From a virus: a DNA stretch of 64,000 nt. The first letter of the stretch is position 1. Each line of letters begins with the position of its first letter. Below are positions 27,113-37,528 of this stretch, piece after piece. The DNA is taken from the IMG/VR virus record IMGVR_UViG_3300032516_000005, one strand, 5' to 3'. The notes under the pieces are model-generated. The model searched no databases. It was not told the DNA's origin and worked only from the letters and a program-made list of their open reading frames with translations. The position numbers and the translations under genes are program-made.

Positions 27113-28011
27113 GGCGTCCTCAGGAGGTTTGCATCTGACGTGATCAGAACTGCGGGCCGCAACCCGCGACGCGCGGCAGTGGCGCCGACGACGTGGCGTT
27201 CGCTGATTGGCGTGACACGCGCCCAGGCGTATAGCTCACGAACGCGCTCGTGATCGCTGTTCGAGGCAATGATGATGGCACCGCGGTTGTGTGCTTCGGT
27301 GAGTGCCGCCGCGAGCGCGAAGTGGTCGTCCTCGGTGAACCCGCCGGCTGTGTAGCCGCTGAACGTGTCGTAGTACGGCGAATCGGCGTAGACAACGTCG
27401 CCGGTCTGCGCCGTTGCGATCGTCTCGCGAAAATCAGCCACACGGAGGTCTGCGCGCTTGAGCGCTTGTGAGACGGCCGCGAGTGCGTCCTCATCCGGCA
27501 AGCTCGCGCGCGAGCGGTCACCGCCGTGCGGAACGTTGAACTTGCCGTCACCGTTCTCACGATAGAGGCCGTTGAAGCCAAACTTGTTAAGGTAGAGGAA
27601 CCGCGCAGCCGCAAACACGACGCTGGGAGGCTCCGATGCACGGACCTTCAGGTAGCTTTCCTTGTCAGTGCCGCGATCGACGAGTGTTTGCAGTGCCCAC
27701 GCGACGGCCGCAGGCGTCTTCCGGATCGCCTGGTACATGTTGATCAGCGGCTTGCAAATGTCGCTGAGCAGCATGTTTGACAGCCCGAGGTCGAGCGCGA
27801 TGGCTGCACCACCCAAGAACGGTTCGATGTACCAACCCCCAGTGACGGCAAGCCGTTCATAGATGATCGGCGCCAGCATCGGAACGAGCCAACGCTTGGA
27901 GCCAACCCACTTGAGCGGCGGCGTACAGTGGGCACGTGGCGGCGCCAGCGGCTCGGTGCCGGGCACGACCACCTGTCGCGGGTCGGGCTTCGATTCTTGA
28001 ACGGTCATCAT
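27109..28011 (-). CDS. dam: Dam-like N6-adenine DNA methyltransferase (D12 class)
   Basis: LKWVGSK, EPFLGGAA, FLYLNKFGFNGLYREN...FNVP, DSPY (DPPY variant), SNS. Confidence 0.88.
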   Translation of the reverse strand: MMTVQESKPDPRQVVVPGTEPLAPPRAHCTPPLKWVGSKRWLVPMLAPIIYERLAVTGGWYIEPFLGGAAIALDLGLSNMLLSDICKPLINMYQAIRKTPAAVAWALQTLVDRGTDKESYLKVRASEPPSVVFAAARFLYLNKFGFNGLYRENGDGKFNVPHGGDRSRASLPDEDALAAVSQALKRADLRVADFRETIATAQTGDVVYADSPYYDTFSGYTAGGFTEDDHFALAAALTEAHNRGAIIIASNSDHERVRELYAWARVTPISERHVVGATAARRGLRPAVLITSDANLLRTP

Positions 28012-28020
28012 GTAACTCCC

Positions 28021-28167
28021 CTAGAGTTTCGCGAACAGGTACAGCGCAAGCACGAGCACCAGCGTCGACAACAGCCAGCGCATTACGCGCGGTGAACGAT
28101 GATTAGGTGCAGCGACGCTGCGTTCGAGCAGGCTATGCCACAGCCGATCACGTGTACCGCGGCTCAT
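28021..28167 (-). CDS. Small membrane protein
   Basis: 48 aa ending WLLSTLVLVLALYLFAKL; fills operon gap. Confidence 0.5.
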   Translation of the reverse strand: MSRGTRDRLWHSLLERSVAAPNHRSPRVMRWLLSTLVLVLALYLFAKL

Positions 28168-28169
28168 GC

Positions 28170-28451
28170 TCACGTCTTGGTGCTTTCATAGTCGGTGCCG
28201 AGACGTAGCTCGTCACGTAGATCGAGGTAGTAGGCGATCGCGGCATTGGCGTCGTCGAATAGCTCTTCGGACGTCATCTGCATGGTGTTGTCGTAGCGCG
28301 CGACGCGGAACCGGCCATCTTCAAGACCGTCGATACAGAGGTCCGCAAACAGCTCGATGCCGAAGCCGGCTGGGTGTGTGAGAACGATAGCGAACGCTGC
28401 CATGAGCTGTTCGGCTTGTGCGCGTTCAGCGATGGCATCTGTAGAAGTCAT
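28170..28451 (-). CDS. Hypothetical protein
   Basis: ATGA overlap with the tmk stop. Confidence 0.55.
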   Translation of the reverse strand: MTSTDAIAERAQAEQLMAAFAIVLTHPAGFGIELFADLCIDGLEDGRFRVARYDNTMQMTSEELFDDANAAIAYYLDLRDELRLGTDYESTKT

Positions 28452-29068
28452 GTCGTAGGTTCGCCTGGAAGGCCCAGGTCTTTCCACATCCAGCGCAGGG
28501 TTACGTCGAGTGGCTTGGTGCCGTCGAGGGTCACGCTAGACGCGAACCGTACCTGTAGCTCACGGTAGGCTGCGCACTGCGCCTCGACCTGTTCGACCTG
28601 ATCCGGTTCGTAGAGCGTGTTGCGTTCACCGCCACGAGCGGTACGCCGCTCCAGTGAGACTCTCGCGGGCACGTCGACCAGGTAGATTCGATCGGGGACG
28701 ATGAAATTCGCAGGGCGCGTGACGGCGCTAACGCGCTCCACGCCGTGGATCTTGCCTTGATAGACGAGTCCCGAAACCATCGTGTGCCGGTCGCAGATGA
28801 CCCAGTCGCCTTCAGAGACGTGCCGCCGGATCTGCGGCTCCATGTCTTTGCCCTCGGCAACGAACAGCCACATCATGGCCTCGGGGCTGATTGTCGTACG
28901 CTTTTCGAAGACATCGCGGATGAGGTTGCCAACGGCGGATTCACGCCCGGGGAAGGCAAGCGCACGGACAGGTTTGTTCAGGTTCTGGAGCGCCTTGACG
29001 AGCATCACGGCGAGCGTGGACTTGCCACTGCCGTCGGGGCCTTCGAGGACGACATACTGGCCTCTCAC
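28448..29068 (-). CDS. tmk: Thymidylate kinase
   Basis: LEGPDGSGKST, FPG, ICDRH..S..VYQG, PD. Confidence 0.9.
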   Translation of the reverse strand: MRGQYVVLEGPDGSGKSTLAVMLVKALQNLNKPVRALAFPGRESAVGNLIRDVFEKRTTISPEAMMWLFVAEGKDMEPQIRRHVSEGDWVICDRHTMVSGLVYQGKIHGVERVSAVTRPANFIVPDRIYLVDVPARVSLERRTARGGERNTLYEPDQVEQVEAQCAAYRELQVRFASSVTLDGTKPLDVTLRWMWKDLGLPGEPTT

Positions 29069-29106
29069 TTCGTGCTCTCGATCTTCAGCATAGTCATGTT
29101 CCTTGG

Positions 29107-31092
29107 TTACGGTCGCGCGGGTCGCGCGTTGAGGAACTTACCGGCATCGGCGAGATCCTGCGAGAACCCTTTGAACGGCAAGCTCGCCAGGAACGCGCGG
29201 CCATAGCGCCGGGCTTTGATCCGCTGATCGAGCAACACGAACACGCCATGGTCGTTGACGCTACGAATGAGCCGCCCAGCGCCTTGTGCGAGTGCGATCG
29301 CTGCACGAGGTACGTAGAAGTCGTCGTAGAACGAGTCCGGGTGCTTGGCCTTCATCATGTCGACGAAGGGGTCATCGAACGAGTCGAACGGCAGCTTGTC
29401 GATGACGAGGCAGGACAGCGATTCGCCCGAGACGTCGAGCCCCATCCAGAAGCTCTTGGTCGCGAGTAGCACGCTGTCGGTCTGCTCGCGGAACATCTGC
29501 GCGAGCAACTTGTTGGGAGCGTCGCCCTGGACCAGCAGCGGGTAGTCGATCTTGTCCCGCAGCTGACCTGCGATGTAGTTGAGCCGCCGCCACGACGTGA
29601 ACAACGCCAGCGTACGGCCGCGACAGTCCCGCACGAGGGTCTCCAGCGCGATCGCTGCAGCACGGTCGAAGTCGTCTTCGAACTCACGCGTCGGGAAGGG
29701 GATCCCAAGTGGGATCACGAACCGCGCCTGCTTGGCGTAGTCGAACGGGCTTGCAACCCTAAGTGTCATGGTCTTGGCTGTCATCACCGGGTCCACGAGA
29801 CCTAGCTCGCCGCGGATGAAGTCGAACGTGCCGCCAGACGTCAGCGTCGCCGACACGCACACGATCGCGGGGTACTGCGTGAACACGAGCTTTTTGAGCT
29901 GATCCCCGACGTGATAGGGCGCGGCACAGAGCTTCACCGTCGCACCTGTGATGCGTGCCGCGTCCATCGGCTTGTCGAGCCAGTATGCGGTCGTGTCGTC
30001 GACCTGGCCGACGAACGCGAGCAGGTCGCGCTTCAGTTCGATGGCCCGCTCGTTGATCTTCGTCCGCGTCATGCACACGGCACAGATCTCGCCGTCGAGA
30101 CAGCCGCCGCAGTCTCCCTTTGCGGCCGTAGCAGTCTCGTCGAGGACTTCGCAAAGGTCATCGACGTCGATGAACCCCGGGTCTTGAATCCGCCCTCCAC
30201 GGGTACCCGCAGCATACGTCGCGATCTTCTCGAACAGCGGCGCGACGGTTGCGCGCAGCTGCTTGGCCAGCTCGGGCTCCCCGAGCTTTTCGCTGACAGC
30301 CGTCGCGAGACGACGAACCGCCCACTCGGTGACTTCCCGTCCGAAGCATCGCCGGCCGATGGCAGCCGCCTCGTGGGCTTCGTCGAGGATGACATACCCG
30401 AACTTCTGCCACATCGGGTCTTTACTGTAGAGGAGCTTCGAGTAGAACAGATCGTAGTTCGCGATCACGACGTGCGCGTAGAGCGCGTCCTGCGCAGCTT
30501 TTTCGGCGTGACAGGTCTCGTAGTTGGGGCAGGCGCCGTGATCGCAGTTCTCACCTGCAACCGAGACGATCCGCCAGGCCTTGTCGGAGATACCGACGGG
30601 TGCGTCGTTGCGATCGCCAGAGCATGGAACAGCTGCAGCCCATGCACTGATCGCCTCACCTTCATTCGCGATGTCCTTCGGCCAGCTAAGCCCGCCGCCG
30701 TCGTAGAGCGCCAGCTCACGCTGGCAGAGGTAGTTCGCGCGGCCCTTGAGCAGCTTGAACCGGAAACCGCCTGGGATCAGCGGCTGCAACGCTTCAGCGA
30801 GCAGGGGCAGGTCCTTCTCGGCGAGCTGATCCTGCAATGCCTTGTTGGCCGTGACGATCAACGCCGGCTTGCCGGTCTTGAGTGCATGCAAGATCGCCGG
30901 GACCGCGTACGCCAGCGACTTGCCGACGCCAGTCGGGCCTTCAGCGAGCAGAATCCCGCCGCGCTCGAACGTGTCGTTCACGTCGTGTGCAAGCTTCACC
31001 TGGCCCTCACGGCGAGCGTAGTTGGGGACGATGCCGGCTAGCGCCCCGGTGAAGTCCTCGAAGATGCGGTCGATCTGATCAATGCTGCTCAT
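29107..31092 (-). CDS. dinG: DinG/YoaA-family Fe-S helicase
   Basis: REGQ, EGPTGVGKS, KGRANYLC, DEAH, SATL, LVIDKLPF, QGAGRLIR. Confidence 0.92.
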   Translation of the reverse strand: MSSIDQIDRIFEDFTGALAGIVPNYARREGQVKLAHDVNDTFERGGILLAEGPTGVGKSLAYAVPAILHALKTGKPALIVTANKALQDQLAEKDLPLLAEALQPLIPGGFRFKLLKGRANYLCQRELALYDGGGLSWPKDIANEGEAISAWAAAVPCSGDRNDAPVGISDKAWRIVSVAGENCDHGACPNYETCHAEKAAQDALYAHVVIANYDLFYSKLLYSKDPMWQKFGYVILDEAHEAAAIGRRCFGREVTEWAVRRLATAVSEKLGEPELAKQLRATVAPLFEKIATYAAGTRGGRIQDPGFIDVDDLCEVLDETATAAKGDCGGCLDGEICAVCMTRTKINERAIELKRDLLAFVGQVDDTTAYWLDKPMDAARITGATVKLCAAPYHVGDQLKKLVFTQYPAIVCVSATLTSGGTFDFIRGELGLVDPVMTAKTMTLRVASPFDYAKQARFVIPLGIPFPTREFEDDFDRAAAIALETLVRDCRGRTLALFTSWRRLNYIAGQLRDKIDYPLLVQGDAPNKLLAQMFREQTDSVLLATKSFWMGLDVSGESLSCLVIDKLPFDSFDDPFVDMMKAKHPDSFYDDFYVPRAAIALAQGAGRLIRSVNDHGVFVLLDQRIKARRYGRAFLASLPFKGFSQDLADAGKFLNARPARP

Positions 31093-31123
31093 GTCATTCC
31101 CCTAGAATTCAAAATCGCTGTGG

Positions 31124-31663
31124 TCATCGTGCTTGCAGAGCAAAAAAGTGTGACGGCTTGAACGTTTCCATTGGACACAACGAACCGCGTCGAACGGCCC
31201 ACGCAGGCACGTCCAACGTCTCGTCCCACCACTTGTCACGGATCACGAACGTGCCCCAACACCATCCCGCCAACACCACGATGGGCAGCTTGTGTAACGA
31301 GACGAGCACGTACGGGTAGTCACCCATGTGCGCGTGTTTTTTTGGGATGATCAACTTGTGCGTGGCCTTACGCACCGACTTGATCTGGATCGATCCGACA
31401 TCGCCCTCCCCACGGCGTAGAGCCCATTCCTCGCGCGTCCACAACCGGCCAGTCCACGGCAGCTTGTAGTGCTTCATGAAGGCAAGCTCGGCGATCGCGC
31501 CCTGAATGTCGATGTCGACGGGTTGGCGGTGCGGATCGATGATGCCGTCGCTGTACGCGCCGTTAGCATCGGAACGACAACGCCCAATTTCTTCTGCGCC
31601 GGCCAGCTCACGAATGGTCAAGGGCACGTCGATGAAGTGCTGAAAGGAATGACGTTGGCGCAT
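31124..31663 (-). CDS. PD-(D/E)xK-like nuclease fold protein
   Basis: GAIAELAF...GDVG.IQIK; similar to 48138..48686. Confidence 0.55.
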   Translation of the reverse strand: MRQRHSFQHFIDVPLTIRELAGAEEIGRCRSDANGAYSDGIIDPHRQPVDIDIQGAIAELAFMKHYKLPWTGRLWTREEWALRRGEGDVGSIQIKSVRKATHKLIIPKKHAHMGDYPYVLVSLHKLPIVVLAGWCWGTFVIRDKWWDETLDVPAWAVRRGSLCPMETFKPSHFFALQAR

Positions 31664-34269
31664 CAGTTGACCTCGGCCCAAGATTTTCCAGCACGCGCGT
31701 CGACGGGAAAATTCACCGTCACGCCTTCGTAGGTCACATCGCGCGTAAAAGACGTGATCACCAACTGCTTGACCAGATCCTGGTCGTCTTCGTCGCACTC
31801 GAACACAACGGCATCGTGGATCTGCAGGATCGGGAACGCGTCCTCGGGCAACCGCGGCATGATGTCCATCAAGCCCAGGTTGATGATGTCCGCGCCTGTG
31901 CTCTGCACGGGGAAGTTGACGACCTCGGACAGCTCGAATTGCTTGAGCGGGAAGCAACGACGACGCCCCAGGATCGCACTGCGGACCTCGCCGGCCGTGT
32001 CGGCCACGCGCATCATGCGCTGGTGCCACGCGGTGACGCCGCCCATCTTGGTCTTCATCATCGCGACCATCTTGCCGATCATGCCGATGGTGACGTTCGG
32101 GTAGTCGCGGACGACGGCCTTCCACAGCGTGTCGACGGCGCCGCCGTAGAACGCGCCGTACTCGGGCCGCTTGATCATGTCGCGTAGGACTTTCCGTTCG
32201 TCAACAGGCTTCTGATCGAAGTCAGGCCAGACGATGCGGGCGAACTCGCTGTGGATGTCGCGCTTGTTCGCGAAGATGTCGAGCAGGAACGGGTCAGCCG
32301 AGAGCAACGCGATGATCCGCGCTTCGAGCTGTGCTGCATCGAAGGCCACGAGCGCGCGCCCGTGCGGTGCGATGACCTGGGTGCGCAGGTTCGGTCGGCC
32401 TTTTTTCTTGTCAGCTTTGGGCCAATTTTGACTTCCCGGCGACTCCGAGCCCCAGCGGCCAGTGATCTTGTGAACGCTCCAGCGCGGATGGCAGCGACTG
32501 TTCTCGTCACAGAACCCGTAGATGACCTTGCCGTTCGCATACTCGCGCGTGAACATGCGCTCGACGAACGTCGACAGCAGCTTGGCGTTCTCACGGTACG
32601 TGAGCAGCGCCCGGACCTCGGGGTGGTGCACGAAGCTTTCTAGGATGTCCTTCTTCGTCGAGATCCGACCGCTCGACGTCTGCAAGCTCAACGGCACACC
32701 GCAGGCCTTCAAGAACGCAACGATATGATCACCGGAGTCGATCATGAACTTGAACGGCTTCTTGCCACTGTCCATTTCGGCGATGCGTTTATCGATACGT
32801 TCGTCTTGATCGAGCGGGTCCTGCTTGCGGCAGCGCCGCGACTGTTCGAACGCGAGACGCTCCTTGAAGATTGGATTGATGGCGGGCTCGAAGACCTTGT
32901 TGATCAGCTCACTGCGTGATCGGTCAACGTTGGTACGGAAGCCAACCCGGAGGTGTTCGTTGACGTCCTTGTCGATGGGTACGCCTCGGACGTGCATGAT
33001 CGCGGCGGCCTTTGCCATGGCGCGGTCGACTTCATAAGTCTTCTCGGAATTCGTCCGCTTGATGACGATCGTCAGCGGCGCCTCGACGCGCGCCGTCGCG
33101 AGCGTATCGCGGGCGTTGTACTTGAGCAGGTCGATCAGGTCACCCTGGCCGTGCCGGTGCTCGGCCTTCCACGGTGAGATCGCGTAGAACTGTGTCGTCA
33201 CGCGCTGCAAGTCGTGAGGCAAGCCGGGGAACGCGCTGTGATGCAGGAGCAGGGTATCTTCCTGCGGGCCCTGGACCGTGAAGCCGTGCCGGTTCAGGAC
33301 CGGGACGTCGTAGAGACCATTGTGGAACGTCTTCGTGATCGTAGGATCAGCGAGGATCGCGCCGATGAGACGGCGTGCGCGCGGCGTCAGGATAGCCCAC
33401 GCGACGCTGATCGCGCGGTCAACAGTTGCGAGGCCAATTGCGCTGAGTTTGGCGTGGGCGGCTTGCAGCGCGGAGTGCTGCTTGGGGTCATCGACGTACG
33501 TCTCGGTGTCACACGCGAACGCGCGCTTGATGCGAGCTTCGCGGACGAAATCCTCGACGAGCTTTTCGGCCCGAACGGAATCTTCCGTCTCGAACTCGAT
33601 GTCGTCGGTGAATTTGATGTCGGCGCCGCGTGCGAGGAGGTTGATCTTCTTCAGGTCGTAGAGCAACGACCAAAAGCCGAGGTCGCTCGTGTGTGCACCA
33701 CCGCCCTTGCCACTGCCGCCACGCAAAATCGCTGCGGGGTGTGTCGTCGGAATGACGGACCGGAGCGTCCCGGACCCGTCGACGTCGACTTCGTAGTGCG
33801 CGCCGGCCATCTGCGTGATCGAGAATTTCTCGCCGCAGAAACCTTGTGCCGCGATCGAGCCCAACGCTGCAACAGGTCGGTTAGGGAACTGCGCCAGCTC
33901 CTGTTTGAGGCGTGGCGCGCAGCTCTGGCGTGCTTGCCGCTTCTCTAGCTCGGTTGAACCGCTCGGTGGCTGGCACAAGGTCGCGTTGGTCATCCAGAGC
34001 GACTCACGCTTGACGCCGATGCGTGCGAGCGCCTCGTTGACCATGCGGCCCGTCTGTCCGACAAACGGACGCTGCTGAACGGTCTCGTTCTGACCAGGAC
34101 CTTCGCCGACGATAATCCAGATCGCGCGCTCAGAGCCTTCGCCAGTCACCGGCTGCTTCGGCTTGCCCATGTATGAGAACGGGCAGTCGAAACAGTTGGC
34201 GCCAGCCGTGGACCCGCGGATGATCAGCGGCGGCTCGTCGTCGATCGCAGCTTCAGCGACGACTGTCAT
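31663..34269 (-). CDS. polA: Family A DNA polymerase with N-terminal uracil-DNA-glycosylase-like domain and 3'-5' exonuclease
   Basis: VGEGPG..E..RPFVG, HPAAILR; DTET, HNGLYD, YNARD; DAAQLEAR, KRPEYGAFYG, QIHD. Confidence 0.93.
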   Translation of the reverse strand: MTVVAEAAIDDEPPLIIRGSTAGANCFDCPFSYMGKPKQPVTGEGSERAIWIIVGEGPGQNETVQQRPFVGQTGRMVNEALARIGVKRESLWMTNATLCQPPSGSTELEKRQARQSCAPRLKQELAQFPNRPVAALGSIAAQGFCGEKFSITQMAGAHYEVDVDGSGTLRSVIPTTHPAAILRGGSGKGGGAHTSDLGFWSLLYDLKKINLLARGADIKFTDDIEFETEDSVRAEKLVEDFVREARIKRAFACDTETYVDDPKQHSALQAAHAKLSAIGLATVDRAISVAWAILTPRARRLIGAILADPTITKTFHNGLYDVPVLNRHGFTVQGPQEDTLLLHHSAFPGLPHDLQRVTTQFYAISPWKAEHRHGQGDLIDLLKYNARDTLATARVEAPLTIVIKRTNSEKTYEVDRAMAKAAAIMHVRGVPIDKDVNEHLRVGFRTNVDRSRSELINKVFEPAINPIFKERLAFEQSRRCRKQDPLDQDERIDKRIAEMDSGKKPFKFMIDSGDHIVAFLKACGVPLSLQTSSGRISTKKDILESFVHHPEVRALLTYRENAKLLSTFVERMFTREYANGKVIYGFCDENSRCHPRWSVHKITGRWGSESPGSQNWPKADKKKGRPNLRTQVIAPHGRALVAFDAAQLEARIIALLSADPFLLDIFANKRDIHSEFARIVWPDFDQKPVDERKVLRDMIKRPEYGAFYGGAVDTLWKAVVRDYPNVTIGMIGKMVAMMKTKMGGVTAWHQRMMRVADTAGEVRSAILGRRRCFPLKQFELSEVVNFPVQSTGADIINLGLMDIMPRLPEDAFPILQIHDAVVFECDEDDQDLVKQLVITSFTRDVTYEGVTVNFPVDARAGKSWAEVN

Positions 34270-34359
34270 GCATCTCCAGCTCTCGGGTCATGTGGCTCGC
34301 CTCCCTAAAGACGAGTGATACAGCTAGCTCTCGGTGAACGACAAATCAGCTCAATCAGC

Positions 34360-36771
34360 TCAGCACTTCGAGTGTCCACAGTTCGTACACAGCCCGCAGC
34401 GCTGCTGGTAGATGAACGTCGCCTTGCCGCATGCCGGGCACAGATCGCTCAGCGACTTCGACTTGGGCCGAACGTGACCATTCGAAGCGGCGTTGACGGT
34501 GCTAGCACTGACGATAGGTGCCGCAGGCGCGTGCATGGGCATCGGTGCATGCGTAGCTGGAGGCGCGTCGACGACATAGTTGAAGCTGTCGTTGATACCC
34601 AAGTGCGATAGCAACATCTTGGCGATCGCGTCGGGCGCGGACACGACACGCTCCATGCCGACGGCCCAGACGTCGCCACCGCCGATGTTGCTGAGCTGCC
34701 GCGCGACTTCTTCGAGGCGCGCCTGGGGCGAGAACGGCGACGGCAGCGCGAGCGTGTAGCTGACCACACGACCGAACGCTTCAGCCCACGCCATGACCTC
34801 GGAGCCTGACTTGCCGACGCGTACGAACAGCTCGAACGGGTCGCCGTCGCTGGGGTGATGGTTGATCGTCATGTGGACGCTGCCGTACGGTGTCGAACGG
34901 CTCAGCGTGACGCCTGCGCGCCGGCCGTCGGCGGGTACACGGCGCTTGGTAGTCGCGGCAACGGGTGCAGTTGCGACGGGGGCGACCACGGTGGGCACGT
35001 CGTTGGGCTTGACGGCAACGCCGGCCGTGAGTACTTGCCCCGAACGGCAGCCGTCGCGGTAGACGGTGATGCCCTTGCACCCCTTCGTCCACGCCAACAT
35101 GTACGCGCGCTCGATGTCGGCCTCGGTCGCGTCATTCCTGACGTTAATCGTCTTCGAAATACCGTCTTCAGTGTGGACCTGAAAGATCGACTGCATCCCA
35201 ACGTGATCTTCCATGCTCAACTCGTTGGCAACGGCAAACACCGCGCGCCAATGATCGGGGACGCTAGGCGCGTCAGCCAGCGATCCTGTCTGGCGCACGG
35301 TCTCGGCGAGCTGATCAGACCAGAAGCCTTCGCGCTTGGCGATCTTCTCGACGAGCGGGTTAACTTCGAGCATCGTCATACCTGCTTGATCACGTGTCAT
35401 CGACAGACCGTACAACGGCTCGATGCCGCTACTGCAGCCAGCGATGATGCTGATCGTGCCGGTTGGTGCGATGACCGTTACCGTTGAGTGACGACGCGGC
35501 TTGTGGCCTTGCTTGGCCCACTTCGAGACTGGCCAGTGATGAAACGGTCCACGCTCCTCGGCGAGCTTCTCGCTGGCATCGATGGCCCATGTGTTGACGA
35601 GCTTCATCACGTGGCTGCCCAGCTCACGCGCTTCCGGTGAGCCGTACGCGATGCCCAACTGAATCAGCAAATCCGCCCAACCCATGACGCCGAGGCCGAT
35701 CTTGCGGCACTTCGACGTGACGTCGTGGATCTCTGGGATCGGGTACTTGTTGACCGTCAACATGTTGTCGAGGAAGCGGACACTGTGCTGGACGGTTTTC
35801 TGTAGCCGGTCAAAGTCAATCGAGCCGTGGCGCATCACGACGTTGCCGTACTTGTGTGCGTTGCCGGCAGCTTCTTTCTCAACGAAGAACTCGGCGAGAT
35901 TGACCGACCCGAGACAGCAGGCGTCATACGGACGCAGAGCCACTTCTGCGCAAGGGTTCGGTGCTTCGATCGGCCCGAGCGCTTCGGACAGTGCATCGGC
36001 GGCGTTCACGCGATCGATGAACCACAAGCCGGGGTCGCCGATCTTGTGCGCGCAGCGGACGATCTCAGCCCAGACCGTCGGGGCGTGAAGCTGCGCGACG
36101 ACGTTGCCCGAGACCGGGTGGATCAAGTCGAAGTCTTTGCCAGCTTCGAGCGCGAGCATGAAGGCATCGGTGATCGCCACCGACACGTTGAAGTTCTGCA
36201 TCTTGTTCGCGTCGCCCTGCTTGAGGGCGATGAACTTCATGATGTTCGGGTGATCGATGCGCAGGATGCCCATGTTCGCGCCGCGCCGAACACCGCCCTG
36301 TTTGATCCGCTCGGTCGCGAAGTCGAAAACTTCCATGAACGAGATCGGACCGGACGCGACACCCGACGTCGTCGAGACGAAGTCACCCTCGGGCCGTAGC
36401 CGGCTGAAGCTGAAGCCTGTACCGCCGCCAGTCTTCTGCACGAGCGCCATGTTGCGGATCGCGCTGAAGATCCCGTCCATCGAATCGGGCACCGGCAACA
36501 CGAAGCACGCGCTGAGCTGGCCGGTACCGTCAGGTCGACCTGCGTTGACGAGACACGGCGTGTTCGGCTCGAACTCACGTGCGGCCATCATCCGGTAGAA
36601 GATCGCCGCCCACTTCTCGCGCTCGCCAGGTACTTCAGCTGTTGCGAGAAAATCAGCAACGCGCTTGAACAGACCTTTGGGTGTCTCGATGACTTCTTGG
36701 TGAGCGTTGCGAATGAGGTACCGCTTGGCGAGTACACTCTGGGAAATCTCAGTCAGCACTGGCTCGATCAT
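34360..36771 (-). CDS. nrdJ: Class II (B12-dependent) ribonucleotide reductase with TSCPD-like domain and Zn ribbon
   Basis: PNTPCLVNAG, LSACFV, GGGTG, RRGANM, NPCAE, IAPTGTIS, KGITVYRDG, CPAC..CTNCGHSKC; no beta subunit nearby. Confidence 0.9.
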   Translation of the reverse strand: MIEPVLTEISQSVLAKRYLIRNAHQEVIETPKGLFKRVADFLATAEVPGEREKWAAIFYRMMAAREFEPNTPCLVNAGRPDGTGQLSACFVLPVPDSMDGIFSAIRNMALVQKTGGGTGFSFSRLRPEGDFVSTTSGVASGPISFMEVFDFATERIKQGGVRRGANMGILRIDHPNIMKFIALKQGDANKMQNFNVSVAITDAFMLALEAGKDFDLIHPVSGNVVAQLHAPTVWAEIVRCAHKIGDPGLWFIDRVNAADALSEALGPIEAPNPCAEVALRPYDACCLGSVNLAEFFVEKEAAGNAHKYGNVVMRHGSIDFDRLQKTVQHSVRFLDNMLTVNKYPIPEIHDVTSKCRKIGLGVMGWADLLIQLGIAYGSPEARELGSHVMKLVNTWAIDASEKLAEERGPFHHWPVSKWAKQGHKPRRHSTVTVIAPTGTISIIAGCSSGIEPLYGLSMTRDQAGMTMLEVNPLVEKIAKREGFWSDQLAETVRQTGSLADAPSVPDHWRAVFAVANELSMEDHVGMQSIFQVHTEDGISKTINVRNDATEADIERAYMLAWTKGCKGITVYRDGCRSGQVLTAGVAVKPNDVPTVVAPVATAPVAATTKRRVPADGRRAGVTLSRSTPYGSVHMTINHHPSDGDPFELFVRVGKSGSEVMAWAEAFGRVVSYTLALPSPFSPQARLEEVARQLSNIGGGDVWAVGMERVVSAPDAIAKMLLSHLGINDSFNYVVDAPPATHAPMPMHAPAAPIVSASTVNAASNGHVRPKSKSLSDLCPACGKATFIYQQRCGLCTNCGHSKC

Positions 36772-36847
36772 TGGTGTTGTCCGCTCCGTACACAGGGTTT
36801 GAACGTCGACGATCGATATGGGTCGCGGTAGCAGGTAGCTGACCCGC

Positions 36848-36910
36848 CCGCGTGCACGTTGCACGCGGTGTTGAGCGAACAACCGCGACTAGCGCTTACG
36901 CGCTAGGTCG
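36848..36910 (-). other. Two intergenic hairpins upstream of nrdJ
   Basis: CCGCGTGCA-CGT-TGCACGCGG and CTAGCGC-TTAC-GCGCTAG (GUAA tetraloop on the minus strand). Confidence 0.5.
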
Positions 36911-37477
36911 TTAGCTGCGCGCCGGGGGACGGCCATTCGCGGGCGGCGCGGGGCGGCGCGGGCCACCCTGCGGAGCCGTGACCGGCGCCGTGGCCACTGG
37001 TGCAGCCAGCTTCGGTGCCGTCGCGACAGCGCCGATACCCTCGTACGCACGCTCACCGTTCCACTTCGTGAACTCCTTCGTGGTCGGCAGACCCGACTTC
37101 GCGTCGATGTCATCGAACGTGTCGATGATGACGTCGGCGGTGAAGTACAGGCCCACGAGCGACTCGCGCGCGAAGCCGCCCTTCTCGTCGAGCACAGCGC
37201 CCGACGCTTCGATGAGCGCCTTCATGCGACGACGAGCGAACTCGTCATCGGAGATGACGTACGAACCCGTGAGGGTGCGTCCCTTCATCTCACTGCCGTC
37301 GGTCGCGACCTTCGCGGTGACACGCAGCGTCCGATTGCCCTTCTTGGACTGATCGAAGACTGCCTTGTCGATCTCGAAGTCGTACGTTCCCGGCTCGATG
37401 CGCTGAGAACGGCCATCGTGCGCCGTGATGGAGGGATCGCCCAGATTCATGCTGATGTAGTCGACAAAATCGGCCAT
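36911..37477 (-). CDS. DUF669-like single-stranded DNA-binding protein
   Basis: IEPGTYDFEI...SKKGN; Pro/Ala tail; follows AAA_24 gene. Confidence 0.7.
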   Translation of the reverse strand: MADFVDYISMNLGDPSITAHDGRSQRIEPGTYDFEIDKAVFDQSKKGNRTLRVTAKVATDGSEMKGRTLTGSYVISDDEFARRRMKALIEASGAVLDEKGGFARESLVGLYFTADVIIDTFDDIDAKSGLPTTKEFTKWNGERAYEGIGAVATAPKLAAPVATAPVTAPQGGPRRPAPPANGRPPARS

Positions 37478-37528
37478 GGTAGCTCTCTCTTTCGTGGTTG
37501 CAGTTTCAGTGACTCGAACAGACTCTCG

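Noticed and set aside
36826-36846. GGGTCAGCTACCTGC on the minus strand upstream of nrdJ, resembling a cobalamin riboswitch B12 box
   Set aside because: The upstream GGGAA and CACTG core elements are missing and the space is short
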